Virus record (IMG/VR): IMGVR_UViG_3300033076_000987
Location: 1-56,849 of that record
Origin: a virus
Taxonomy: Duplodnaviria > Caudoviricetes
Strand: one strand, 5' to 3'
Length of the DNA: 56,849 bases
Both the position numbers and the translations under genes were made by a program. Below are positions 37,646 to 48,499 of this stretch, one piece after another (positions within the stretch are counted from its first letter, which is position 1; each line of letters starts with the position of its first letter). The notes beneath the pieces are model-generated. The model made no database searches. It was not told the DNA's origin and was given only the letters and a program-made list of their open reading frames with translations.

Positions 37646-38209
37646 ATGGCAAACATTCAACAAATTCTAGGTACTGATAGTATTTCAGCTTCAAGAACAG
37701 TTATCAATGATAACTTTAGCGCAATCAATGCTGAGTTAGGTGATATTCTAAATTACTTAGATACAACTAACCTTACATTAAGTGCAATGACATTGGTCGA
37801 ATCAGATCAAATCGTAGCAGTTGGTGCAGCAGATTTATCAGCTAATGGTAACGTATTCTCCGTAGCTTCTGAATTTACATCTTCTTTAGAGATGTCAGCG
37901 GCGGTTTACAAATCAGCTTACGTAACTGTAACTTCATTCCCATCTACTTTGACTAATGTTCATGGAACTATCATTTTAGATGCTTCAATTTCACCTTTTA
38001 ATTTACCAAACGGTGCAGCTGATGGACATGAAATTACTTTAGTTGCTAACGCTGCTCTTGCAACAGCTATCACTAATGCAACTTCTTCAATTTTAGGAGT
38101 TATTACTGGTGTAGATTTCGATGCAATCGGAGCAACAATTACTTTGAGATATTCTCAAGGACTTTCAAAATGGATCGTAATTAGTTCACACGCTACTACA
38201 ATTGCATAA
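37646..38209 (+). CDS. Short fibre/baseplate-anchored protein
   Basis: N-terminal I..TDS.S.SR..IN.NF anchor motif shared with the 48500 product. Confidence 0.6.
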   Translation: MANIQQILGTDSISASRTVINDNFSAINAELGDILNYLDTTNLTLSAMTLVESDQIVAVGAADLSANGNVFSVASEFTSSLEMSAAVYKSAYVTVTSFPSTLTNVHGTIILDASISPFNLPNGAADGHEITLVANAALATAITNATSSILGVITGVDFDAIGATITLRYSQGLSKWIVISSHATTIA

Positions 38210-38233
38210 TAAAATTTACAGTAAAGTAATAAT

Positions 38234-40138
38234 ATGTCAACACCTTTAATTAGAAGACCGCAAACTCAGGGTTCGACAGTGTATGCGTTCGCATCAGCTG
38301 CAAAAGATTTAACTAGAACCCATAATAATCCAGACTTGAAATTTGAATTTTCAAGATTTGCATTATTAAATTTACCTGAAGATACTTCAGTTAATGGATA
38401 CAATTCAATGAATTTTGGATTGTTAGAAACCATTAGTGGTCCTAACTATTCGGCTGCTGATCCAAATTTGGATTTTCCTATTACTTTACAAAACTACGCT
38501 TTAAACTTAGAGCAACATATACTACAAGATAATGACTTTGATCCAGAATTGTTTCAATCAGATGCTGAAAAGATTTTCTTCAAATGGTTACATTCAATTG
38601 ATGCTATTAGATTTAAACCAGCTGATAGTTCAGAGTCTGCAATTGGTTTATCAAGATTTACAGAGCAATTTGATAGCATTTCAAGTGGTGCTGCGTATGA
38701 CAGAGTAGTTAAGTATATTGGAACTATCGATGCAACAAATGATGTAATGTATAAAGGTAATGCGTACCAAGAGATTTACATCAATGTTCCTACATCTCAT
38801 GGTTCTACTCCAACTATTCTTTTTAAAAGTTCAGGAGATTTAACTTATAATACTACTGCAACTTCATACAATGTGGCAGCCGAACCTCAAATTTTAGGAA
38901 GAGGTAATTCAACTCATCCAGATCCTTTAATTACATTAGATACTATATGTGATACATTAGGAACTTATGATATTAATCCAAATACAAGTCCAATTTATGG
39001 AATTGACTGGACACCTTCTTCATATTCTAGTATTGTAAATGATGCAACTTTACACAGTATCTCTGATTTTAACCAAAGAGGTACGGATTTTAAATTTAAT
39101 GCCATTTTAGTTTATTATGATGTGTATAGTCAATCTACTCCAAGTAATAGAGCTACAAATTTATATGGTATTATTATCTTAGATAGTTTTACTAATGGAG
39201 TAATTCCGGCGCAACAAAAATACAAACCAAATGCTGTAAGCGGTCTTAATGGTAATGCATTCTCTTACAAGTTAAATATGAGATATAACTCATCACTTGA
39301 CAACGTAGGATCCGATGTAGTTGTTAATGACTTTACAACATTCTCAATGGATATTTTCTTAGATAGCGTATCTGCTTTAGATAATGCTACCAAGACTCTA
39401 TTGTCAGCAAATGACAGAATTACCGAGGCTTTAACAAAATACGAAGCTCTTGAATCATTTGTTCTAAGCCAAGATCAAATCTTGCAATTTAGTACAGAAT
39501 TACATGATTTACAAGAACAATTTGTAGCAGCTAATGCTAACTTTAGCAATAACACTGCATTACTTGATTTAATTGCAGAGACAAATTCTAGAATTAATCA
39601 AATTATCGACGGAACTATTCCTACAGAAGTTCAATATAATACCGACGTTGTAAAAAACGGTAGAGGTATTGTAGTTGACAGAATTAATGGAAAGATCTTT
39701 GTTAATAACAATGTAAATGGCTATAGTATTGTTCAACCTTATAATTATGATATTAATACTTCAGTAAAAACAAATCAAATTACTGATAGTGCCCCATACG
39801 ATCCAAATAATGCTACAAGTACTGGAATTTGGGCTAAATTAGATAACTTTGAAAATATGGTTCGAGTTTCTGTTAACTCTAACCCTGCTGTAAATGAGGT
39901 TTATATATACATAGACGATACAGCCGCAACATGGAAAAAAGGTCAAGTGTTAAAATTAATCTTTAACAATAATATTGATCTAAACGGAAATGCGATGGTT
40001 TTAGATCTAAACATGACTGCTAATATTTTGATACCAGCAGCATCGTTTGTTTCAACAAAACCATATATTGAAATAGTTTGCGTTGATCCAAATGCTAGCA
40101 GTATCAATCAAAAATTCAAATATGATATTTTAAGATAA
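38234..40138 (+). CDS. Virion structural protein
   Basis: 634 aa, Asn/Thr/Ser-rich, structural block. Confidence 0.6.
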   Translation: MSTPLIRRPQTQGSTVYAFASAAKDLTRTHNNPDLKFEFSRFALLNLPEDTSVNGYNSMNFGLLETISGPNYSAADPNLDFPITLQNYALNLEQHILQDNDFDPELFQSDAEKIFFKWLHSIDAIRFKPADSSESAIGLSRFTEQFDSISSGAAYDRVVKYIGTIDATNDVMYKGNAYQEIYINVPTSHGSTPTILFKSSGDLTYNTTATSYNVAAEPQILGRGNSTHPDPLITLDTICDTLGTYDINPNTSPIYGIDWTPSSYSSIVNDATLHSISDFNQRGTDFKFNAILVYYDVYSQSTPSNRATNLYGIIILDSFTNGVIPAQQKYKPNAVSGLNGNAFSYKLNMRYNSSLDNVGSDVVVNDFTTFSMDIFLDSVSALDNATKTLLSANDRITEALTKYEALESFVLSQDQILQFSTELHDLQEQFVAANANFSNNTALLDLIAETNSRINQIIDGTIPTEVQYNTDVVKNGRGIVVDRINGKIFVNNNVNGYSIVQPYNYDINTSVKTNQITDSAPYDPNNATSTGIWAKLDNFENMVRVSVNSNPAVNEVYIYIDDTAATWKKGQVLKLIFNNNIDLNGNAMVLDLNMTANILIPAASFVSTKPYIEIVCVDPNASSINQKFKYDILR

Positions 40139-43100
40139 TGAATGTTAAAAACTCTCTTAGTGGCCTGGTTCAACAATTCTTACAGATGAACCAAAATGCG
40201 ATCGAAACTTTCGAACGCATTAATGAAGCTATTACATCCGATGATAAAACTGTTAAGATAGATCTTCTAAAAGAAAATAACTCCATTAAAACAGTGGAGA
40301 TTCCTTCTTTTGGCTATATTACAAGAGAATTAAAAAGAATCGATGATACTGTAAAAGCGATGAGCGCTTTAGGTGATGGAGCTGCTAGTATTAAATTAGC
40401 CGATGGTACCTATAGAACATTGGTAAAGAGCAAAATTAAAACAGCCGCTCAACCTATTACTAGTTTAAACGTACCTACTAATTTTAGTACACAGAGCAAT
40501 CTTTTCTTTGAAAGCTTTTTATCACCATTATTAAAAGTAAAATTTGATGTTTCTGGACAAATCTCAGAAGATACTGAAAGAGTATTAGTTAGAAAATATC
40601 TCGTGTCTTCTAGTAATACAGCATTGGATTTCTTTAATACTTATAAGAATACTGAGAGCATAGATCATGGATTGTTCTTGGATGATATAACTTCTAAATT
40701 CATCCCTTATGAATTAGACGAAGAAGTTGTTGAAATGCCATATAGAGATCTTTCTTATTATGGTGCTTTTTCTGTTATTTCAACTGATATTGTACAAAAA
40801 TCTGTACAAATTAATGGTGTTACACAAACCAAGAGTGTTAAACTTTATACACTAAATAAATTATCTTACTCTGATTCTGCTAAAACTTTAAAAGAAACAG
40901 AAACTCTTAAAATAGGTGATGAGCTTATTGTTAATAGCGGAGAAGATACTACAAAATATTCAATCGTTTCTATTAATTCAGGTACTTCACAAGTTGAATT
41001 ACAATTAATAGAAGGATACGAAGGAATTAAGATCGGTGTTGACCAATTAAAAATTCATAAAGCTGCTAATATTCCAGTTGAAATTGATGTTAATGTTGGA
41101 TTTGATCAAAGACTATTAATCTTTGTTAAACCAATTGATCCAAATTCAAATATTGTTGCAGAAAAATGGTCTCCTGGGGTTGCTCTCGCTACTAACGAAT
41201 TAAAGATGACTGCAGCTGATGGTACTATCATGACTTTAGCTGATTATTATCAAGCTGAAGTTGCTGATTTTGGTCAATTCATTAAAGCATTACAAAACGA
41301 TAGAATTCCAGCTTCAATTGAGGCTGTGACTCCTGCTGCACCAGACTTAATCTCTACGAACTTTAAAGTAGTACAAATTAATACTCACTTAACGAGTAAT
41401 GATACATTCACGGCTGTTCAACAGATGTCTGCCGATAAGGTAAATGTGATTGATAAACTTAAAAAGTTAGATGAAACTATTGCTGCTAAAAAAGCTACTT
41501 TAGCTACAACTAAATTCAAATCAGATACTGAAAAATCTAAATTTATTAACGAGCTTGGTTCATTATCGGATCAGCGATTGAGCGAAACTAAAATGTATTC
41601 GTCTTTAGTTAATCAAATTGCAACAGCAGCACAAGATGCTTCTATTAAGAAAATCCAACCTAAGTATAGAGTTAGAGGATTTTGGTCTATTCCAGAAGCT
41701 GCTGCGACACCGGGTATCAAACCTCAAGAAATTGTTAGATTTGTTATTCAATATAGATATTTGTCAACTAATGGTAAAACATCTAATATTGATCAAATTC
41801 AATTTAAAGATAAAGATAATACTAAGACTGCTGCTTTTTCAAATTGGAATGAAATTTTAGGACCAGTTAGAAAAAGAAGTAAAGATGCTGATGGTAAATT
41901 TTATTGGGTTTATGACTCAGAAGAAGGCGCTGATACAGTTAATTTTAATTCACTGGATATTTCTATTCAACCAGGAGAACAAGTACAATTTAGAATCAAA
42001 TCTCAATCTGAAGCAGGTTGGCCATCAAATCCAGCTGAATCTGATTGGTCTGAAATTATAACTGTTATTTTCCCAGAAGGTCAACTTTCTACATTAGATG
42101 CAATCACTGTCGTAGAAAACAATGAAAGAGAAGTTGCTAAAGTTGAAATTTCACATGAATTAGAAGCTCGCGGAGTTTTTAAACACGTTGCTGATAGTTT
42201 TACTGCAAATGAAAAATTCTTTTCTCACCAAGCATCTTCTATCGCATCGGGATTCTTAACACCTGAACAAAAACCAGTAAGTCTTTTTGATAAATTATCT
42301 GAAATGACAGCTCAAGTTCTTGCTTTACAAGAAACACTAGCTGGTATTAAAGGTGAATTAAACGTCGATTTAGTCGATGAACTAGGTAATGTAACAAGAA
42401 TTAGACCTAATACTGTTAATAAGATTTTTGCAGGTTATTATGTAGATGATATTAAAGGTTTACAAGTAAAAAAAGGTGTTGTAGTTACTAAAAACTTTAA
42501 ATTATTATTAAAGAACACCAGAGCTACCACATTAGAATTAGTTGCAAGAATTACAGGAACAAGAACTTTACCAGTTTGGAATTCATCTGCTAATAGTCCA
42601 TTTGGTACAAATCCAAATGCAACTGCTATTGACTCTAGAGTATTAGATGACACGTATTATACAACTGAAGCAAAATATGATAGAGTTCCTATCCAATATC
42701 AAAATTTAGATGCTACTACTTTGGCATTGACAAATAATAATATTAATTATTTCCAAAATATACCATATCAGTCTGCTCAATTAAGAGGTCAATATATTTA
42801 TGGTAGATATTATAATGTTTCAGGAGAAAGTCCACTTTATTTAGAAACTGTACCTGGCACTACAACAGTTATGACTACTTTAGCGCAAGCTGAATATACT
42901 ATAAGTGGTTCAAGCTCCCCAACAAACGCTGGAACAGATTTTATTTGGGCTGGAACATGGGCTGGAACTTCAGTTCCAAGAACACTCGATACTATTACGC
43001 AATCATCAGCATCTAATATTTCAAATGCATTATATGATTCTGGTTTATATGCTCATGTAGATCATCCAGTTGTACAAGATGGTAAAAATATTTTAGCTTA

Positions 43101-43665
43101 TACAGTACAAGATGTTATTGATGTTTCTACTATGACAAAAACTGCCAATCTCAAAGCTGATGAAACTGATGGTAAAAAACAAACACCATATTTATGGTTA
43201 TCAGCAGCTGGAAGAAGTGTAAAAACTAGTTTTGGTATCTATGATCAATATTTATTAGGTGGTAAATCTTGTGGATCTTACCTATTTATGAATCCTATTA
43301 ATAAAGATAGTTTAATTGTTGACGGTGATAATAAATTTGGTAGAAAGAGGATTGCTGGTGGAACTACAGGTAATGCTATTTCAGTAGATATTACATTCCA
43401 ATATAGAATGACTGACTATTACGGTCAAGGAACTACGGGCAATGGTAGAGTAGGTGGTATTATTACTTCAACTTTGACAAACTTGACTTATGCTAAACAA
43501 ATTGGTATAGATATTTTTGATTCAGATGATGAGCAATTCTCATTTGATTTAGAAGTTTTTGCTAAATATAAAGCCGAAGGAAAGAGCATTCAATCTAGTG
43601 CTACAAGCCAAACTACGTTTATTTTCAACAATAATAATTACGATGCAGCTGTAACGTCTGAATAA
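40138..43665 (+). CDS. Large virion structural protein (coiled coil plus FN3-like segment)
   Basis: 1175 aa; V.F.IKS.SEAGWP.NP..SDWS FN3-like motif. Confidence 0.6.
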   Translation: MNVKNSLSGLVQQFLQMNQNAIETFERINEAITSDDKTVKIDLLKENNSIKTVEIPSFGYITRELKRIDDTVKAMSALGDGAASIKLADGTYRTLVKSKIKTAAQPITSLNVPTNFSTQSNLFFESFLSPLLKVKFDVSGQISEDTERVLVRKYLVSSSNTALDFFNTYKNTESIDHGLFLDDITSKFIPYELDEEVVEMPYRDLSYYGAFSVISTDIVQKSVQINGVTQTKSVKLYTLNKLSYSDSAKTLKETETLKIGDELIVNSGEDTTKYSIVSINSGTSQVELQLIEGYEGIKIGVDQLKIHKAANIPVEIDVNVGFDQRLLIFVKPIDPNSNIVAEKWSPGVALATNELKMTAADGTIMTLADYYQAEVADFGQFIKALQNDRIPASIEAVTPAAPDLISTNFKVVQINTHLTSNDTFTAVQQMSADKVNVIDKLKKLDETIAAKKATLATTKFKSDTEKSKFINELGSLSDQRLSETKMYSSLVNQIATAAQDASIKKIQPKYRVRGFWSIPEAAATPGIKPQEIVRFVIQYRYLSTNGKTSNIDQIQFKDKDNTKTAAFSNWNEILGPVRKRSKDADGKFYWVYDSEEGADTVNFNSLDISIQPGEQVQFRIKSQSEAGWPSNPAESDWSEIITVIFPEGQLSTLDAITVVENNEREVAKVEISHELEARGVFKHVADSFTANEKFFSHQASSIASGFLTPEQKPVSLFDKLSEMTAQVLALQETLAGIKGELNVDLVDELGNVTRIRPNTVNKIFAGYYVDDIKGLQVKKGVVVTKNFKLLLKNTRATTLELVARITGTRTLPVWNSSANSPFGTNPNATAIDSRVLDDTYYTTEAKYDRVPIQYQNLDATTLALTNNNINYFQNIPYQSAQLRGQYIYGRYYNVSGESPLYLETVPGTTTVMTTLAQAEYTISGSSSPTNAGTDFIWAGTWAGTSVPRTLDTITQSSASNISNALYDSGLYAHVDHPVVQDGKNILAYTVQDVIDVSTMTKTANLKADETDGKKQTPYLWLSAAGRSVKTSFGIYDQYLLGGKSCGSYLFMNPINKDSLIVDGDNKFGRKRIAGGTTGNAISVDITFQYRMTDYYGQGTTGNGRVGGIITSTLTNLTYAKQIGIDIFDSDDEQFSFDLEVFAKYKAEGKSIQSSATSQTTFIFNNNNYDAAVTSE

Positions 43666-43667
43666 TA

Positions 43668-43711
43668 TTTACTGTCTCTGCTAAAATAAGATATATAGCA
43701 GAGATAGTAAA
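43668..43711 (+). promoter_or_regulatory. 16-bp hairpin with the late promoter GATATATA at the loop/stem junction
   Basis: tttactgtctctgcta-N12-tagcagagatagtaaa; GATATATA at 43690-43697. Confidence 0.7.
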
Positions 43712-43725
43712 ATAATATATTCGGA

Positions 43726-46700
43726 ATGCCTACAAACCAAACGTTAAATTATAGATTTGATCTTTCAACTGAGTTGGAAGATAAATCATTTGCATTGCTA
43801 AGAACTAATCCAAAGCTTTCTGGCAATAATAAAATTGTTGTGACCGAAAACGGCGATATTTATTTAGAGACTATCGATGCAAATACTCAGCTTTCAAGTT
43901 CTAAATATAAAAAGAAGAAGCTTTCCAGAGATGGTGATTATTCCTTTGATTTACCTAGATTTTACAATGATAATGCAACTCCTTATGATTTAATTTATGA
44001 CGTTAAAAGAGATGTTCCAAATGATTTAACGGCTTTTAATGATTATGAATTTCAATATGAAGATACTTATAGATACGGGGCTGGAATCAGTTACTCAAAA
44101 TTATATGATGAAACTTTTAAGATCTTCGTCCCGATTTGGTTAGATAAAAAAATTCCAACTAAATTTGTTATTTACAGAATTAATGGTACGACAAGTGTTG
44201 GTAGTGATACATCCGCTAAGGTTGTAAATATGCTTAAAGACGCTGATATTGTCAAAGTATTTGATATGTCAAAGGATTCTGAATTGGGTGCATATTTAAG
44301 AAAACATGTTGAAAATGAAAACTTTCCAAAATCTGTTATTACTGCTAATTTCAATAAGAATGAAAACTTTTTGTATCATGGCATCGACTTAAAGAATGGT
44401 GGTTTTGTAACTAAGTCAGAGTATATCTTTGATGATATAGTAGGATATGATAATGCTATTATTAACGTAAATGAGTATATTACTAATGGTTTACAAAGAA
44501 ATGCTATTATTTCAGCTAATCTTATTAATTTAGAATTTCAATTTAATGATTCTGGTGTTGATCCATACGAGATTAATAGATATTTTGGTCTATTCGTTGA
44601 TGAAATAGAAGAAGGTAAAATAAACGCTACCAAATTAGTACATAATATTTTAACAGCTTCACAGTATGAAAATTATTATGATTTAAGTAATTTTGCATTT
44701 GTTAACTCTGATGATTTTATCTTACCGAGATATGAAGATTTCGATGATGCTACTTTAGGATATGTAACTTCCAAAAGAGGTTATCATAATATTAAAAACG
44801 GTACACGATGGGAAGTTGGTAAGATACCTGTTGGTGGTTTAAGTGGAATTACTTATGCTGATTTTGATGGCTTTGAAAAGCAAAGTTTTACTCTAAGAGC
44901 TGATGAATTTAAAGGGTCTGGAAATGATAGAATTAGATTCTCCATTTCTAACACTAATGTGCCAGTTCATGGTGATAAATTAGCAATTACTCGATTACAA
45001 AAACAAGTTTGGAAATTTAATTTTACGACATTAAAACCATTAGAAACTGTAACTATTACAATATCTGACGGTAATACAACTGATACTTTGAATTTTAGTA
45101 CAGGTGTTTCTATAAATGAAGCTCTAGTCAATTTTAAAGCACAATGGTTATCTCAATCTAATACGTTGTTTAATAATTATGAAATTGAAATTGATGGAGA
45201 TTTCTTAATAGCAAATGAAACTATAAATACTTTAATTATTAATGAATTAGTTTATAGTGCAGGCGTTAGTAAAATGAAGATTAAGCCTGCTGCAGATCAT
45301 GTTGATCTTAATAAGTATATCATTTCAGCTGATTCAACTCTAACTAGAGGGACTGCAAATGGAAATCATTTTTCACCTCTAGGCAGTATTGAAGATATTG
45401 CGTATTCTATTGAATTGTGTTTACAACAATTTTCAAATGATTTTAGAGTATCCAGGGACGGTTCTATTATTACAGTAATAAGTAACATATCTAGATTTAG
45501 ATACCCTAACCTAGCGCTCCTAAACTTCTCCTCTAACGTTATGAAGTTGGACATCTATGATGGATATTTAGATACTAATCACTATCTTAATGTTATTTTA
45601 CCATACATGTGTGATATTTATGGTTTAACAGGTGGTCATGCAAGTGGAAAAGCATTTTTAATTCATTTAGAAGACTTTGAATCTGGTAAAATAGAAGTTG
45701 GTAATTATATCGGTTTACAATCCATAAATGAATACGCTATAGTATTAGACATTGTAAAATATGATGATTCTTATGCAAAAGTTATTGTTGAATGTAAAAA
45801 ACCTCTAGCAATTAGAAAATCAGCCAATGTATATAAAAAATATTATCCAACAGTTGGTAAATTTTCAGCATATTCTATTAAAGATTTTGATTTTAATTTC
45901 TATAGTACAACATATTCTTTACCCTATGAATTAGAGTTAGAGAATTATGAATTTATGGATCAATCCAATACTATTTTTAATCCGGCAACATTTGAAACTG
46001 GTTATTATATTACTAATTCAAATGATCTATTTTCTTTCTTATCGCCTTCTTTAAATTCAGAAGATTCAGATTCGATTACAACGATAGATCCAGTCACAGA
46101 ATATGATAGACTTAAAGAAAACTATAATTCTAATTTATTTTCTAAGTCTAGAGTAGTTCCATATATTAATAAATTTTCATTAAAGAATGCTGTAAATGTT
46201 AGAGAAACTCCATATTCATTAAATGTTTCAGAAGCTTTTGGTAAAACAAACTTCGCAGCGGATATTGAAGTTGACGGTAGATTACCTCAACACATGACAC
46301 ATGAGTGGTTTTATATTGACAAATTTCCAAAGTATAGTGGTTCTTCTACAGAAACTATTTTTAGTAACATATATCCAGAAGAATTTTTTAGTTATCTAAA
46401 TTTTGATGTTAATGAAAGCAATCAAACTCTTACATTATTAGATTTTCAAGATATTACTACTAATGTTTTTGATAAATTCATGGTTTATGATGGTTATGCA
46501 TTTGGCGTAGATAATACAAATGCAGTCGATTTAAGATATTATCATGCTCATCCAGCTCCAAAATATTCTATATTTGATAATGGATCGAATCAAACATTTG
46601 CAAGAACTAATTTTAGAGGTTTAGAGTTTACCATCAAAGAACGTAAAGAGTCTAGTGAAATTATTCCAACAGAATTTAATATCTCTAACAAATATAATTC

Positions 46701-48498
46701 TTATAAGTTTACAACAGTTCTTTTGTCAACTATAGGTTCAAATGAACAGCAAGATATGAGTGTTAAGGCTATTGTTAATGAAAAGTTTAAAACAATATCT
46801 CTTATATTAAATGTTCATTTGCAAGAAAATTTAGTTGATTATTTTAATAGAAGAGTTCTTTATGAATTAAAGGGAAGATATTCTAGTAATGTTGCAGCAG
46901 AAGCTGAAAGTACTAATATGACAGGTTATTTAGATCTTCTTAATATTAATTTAACAGGAAATGGTCCGTATACTTTAAATGGAATTGGAACTCAATTTAC
47001 GACGCAAATTACATTAAATAATAATGGTACTTATAATAAAATTCGTATTTATTTACCAAGTGGATCTGCAACATCTGATATGTGTTTATCGATAGCTTCA
47101 GTTATTGATGACAATACTATTCTTCTTAGTGAAAAACCTAAAGTTTATGACGCAGTAACATCCAGTTGTACAAGTAATGATGTTAGTTTAGTTAACTTAA
47201 GTACTTATGAATTAATTAACGCAACATATCTTTATATCGGTGGAGGTGAAAACGCACATAATGATATTATTTCTAAATTATCAGCTAAATATATTCATGA
47301 ATTATTAGACAATAATAATTCTAATAGTGTAGAATATATTACTGTTAAAGAAGATGGAACCACAAAGTATAATGAATTTATATTAAACGTAGATGATGGT
47401 CAAGATGTTTATAAACCAACCATTTTAACAGTTTCTGAAGCTACAAAAATTCCAGTTTCGTTTAGAAAATCTACGTCTGCTGTTGGTTACAATATGGTAA
47501 ATAGAAGCAATCCGTATATTACTCATCTTAAAAGATTAAGTGGATCATATAATCCTACATTTGTCGATGTTATAGATTTCTATAATCCATACAACAAGTA
47601 TAAGGTATTTTTTGGTCAAAATGTCACAAACCTAGATTATAAGACCGCTAGAGAAATGATATTTAATCAAAAACTTTTTAGACAAGGTACAACATTTATG
47701 ACTAATCGAAGAGATTATGGTATCATGAAAGATGTATTTTATCATAAAGTTAATGAAATTAATCAAGCTTCTATTACAAAATTATCACCTACAACAGCTC
47801 TTAAACCTGTTTATCCATTAATTAATGAGGTCACTATTGACAAAAGAGATATTAATGTATTTACAAGTAATTTTGAAAAAGGCTATTATGTTAGATCTTT
47901 AGCAAACGGTGGATCAGAACCAGTTTCTGGAACAAAATCACCAGTTTCTAAAAAATCTTTTATGACTTCGACGGCTATGCAACCTCAGAAAAATTTATAT
48001 TTAACTAAATTTAGCAGTAGCACTGTTACGTCATTAAAGGATTTAAACTTAATTAGAGATTTGGGTAAACCAACTACACAAACTATTATTTTTGAAACTA
48101 AAGATCAGATATTCATTGATTTTTATAATGAAACCGTAATAGTTGATGAATTATTAGAAGCTGGAGTTTTGTCTACTATCAAGAAATATGTTAACCCAAT
48201 TGAAAGTTATGGAGACTTAACCACAATTGAAGATGATGCGAGACAATATGCTCTTAAGAATTTGAATCCTCTTTATAAGATTGAATCCTTACAGTTATTT
48301 GTTAAACAGATTAAAGATACAGTTTCTAATGTGGCAAGTAAAAACTCACCTGAGGAAGTATTAGCATCTGATTATGTAGAAGATGGTAATTTTACATATC
48401 AATTACATGCCAACAAGCCTTTTAATTTGAGGTTAATATATAACAAAAGAGTGGGATATACATATAGCATATCACCTATAATAAAAATAAGCATATAA
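43726..48498 (+). CDS. Very large virion structural protein
   Basis: 1590-aa open frame in the structural block. Confidence 0.6.
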   Translation: MPTNQTLNYRFDLSTELEDKSFALLRTNPKLSGNNKIVVTENGDIYLETIDANTQLSSSKYKKKKLSRDGDYSFDLPRFYNDNATPYDLIYDVKRDVPNDLTAFNDYEFQYEDTYRYGAGISYSKLYDETFKIFVPIWLDKKIPTKFVIYRINGTTSVGSDTSAKVVNMLKDADIVKVFDMSKDSELGAYLRKHVENENFPKSVITANFNKNENFLYHGIDLKNGGFVTKSEYIFDDIVGYDNAIINVNEYITNGLQRNAIISANLINLEFQFNDSGVDPYEINRYFGLFVDEIEEGKINATKLVHNILTASQYENYYDLSNFAFVNSDDFILPRYEDFDDATLGYVTSKRGYHNIKNGTRWEVGKIPVGGLSGITYADFDGFEKQSFTLRADEFKGSGNDRIRFSISNTNVPVHGDKLAITRLQKQVWKFNFTTLKPLETVTITISDGNTTDTLNFSTGVSINEALVNFKAQWLSQSNTLFNNYEIEIDGDFLIANETINTLIINELVYSAGVSKMKIKPAADHVDLNKYIISADSTLTRGTANGNHFSPLGSIEDIAYSIELCLQQFSNDFRVSRDGSIITVISNISRFRYPNLALLNFSSNVMKLDIYDGYLDTNHYLNVILPYMCDIYGLTGGHASGKAFLIHLEDFESGKIEVGNYIGLQSINEYAIVLDIVKYDDSYAKVIVECKKPLAIRKSANVYKKYYPTVGKFSAYSIKDFDFNFYSTTYSLPYELELENYEFMDQSNTIFNPATFETGYYITNSNDLFSFLSPSLNSEDSDSITTIDPVTEYDRLKENYNSNLFSKSRVVPYINKFSLKNAVNVRETPYSLNVSEAFGKTNFAADIEVDGRLPQHMTHEWFYIDKFPKYSGSSTETIFSNIYPEEFFSYLNFDVNESNQTLTLLDFQDITTNVFDKFMVYDGYAFGVDNTNAVDLRYYHAHPAPKYSIFDNGSNQTFARTNFRGLEFTIKERKESSEIIPTEFNISNKYNSYKFTTVLLSTIGSNEQQDMSVKAIVNEKFKTISLILNVHLQENLVDYFNRRVLYELKGRYSSNVAAEAESTNMTGYLDLLNINLTGNGPYTLNGIGTQFTTQITLNNNGTYNKIRIYLPSGSATSDMCLSIASVIDDNTILLSEKPKVYDAVTSSCTSNDVSLVNLSTYELINATYLYIGGGENAHNDIISKLSAKYIHELLDNNNSNSVEYITVKEDGTTKYNEFILNVDDGQDVYKPTILTVSEATKIPVSFRKSTSAVGYNMVNRSNPYITHLKRLSGSYNPTFVDVIDFYNPYNKYKVFFGQNVTNLDYKTAREMIFNQKLFRQGTTFMTNRRDYGIMKDVFYHKVNEINQASITKLSPTTALKPVYPLINEVTIDKRDINVFTSNFEKGYYVRSLANGGSEPVSGTKSPVSKKSFMTSTAMQPQKNLYLTKFSSSTVTSLKDLNLIRDLGKPTTQTIIFETKDQIFIDFYNETVIVDELLEAGVLSTIKKYVNPIESYGDLTTIEDDARQYALKNLNPLYKIESLQLFVKQIKDTVSNVASKNSPEEVLASDYVEDGNFTYQLHANKPFNLRLIYNKRVGYTYSISPIIKISI

Positions 48499-48499
48499 G

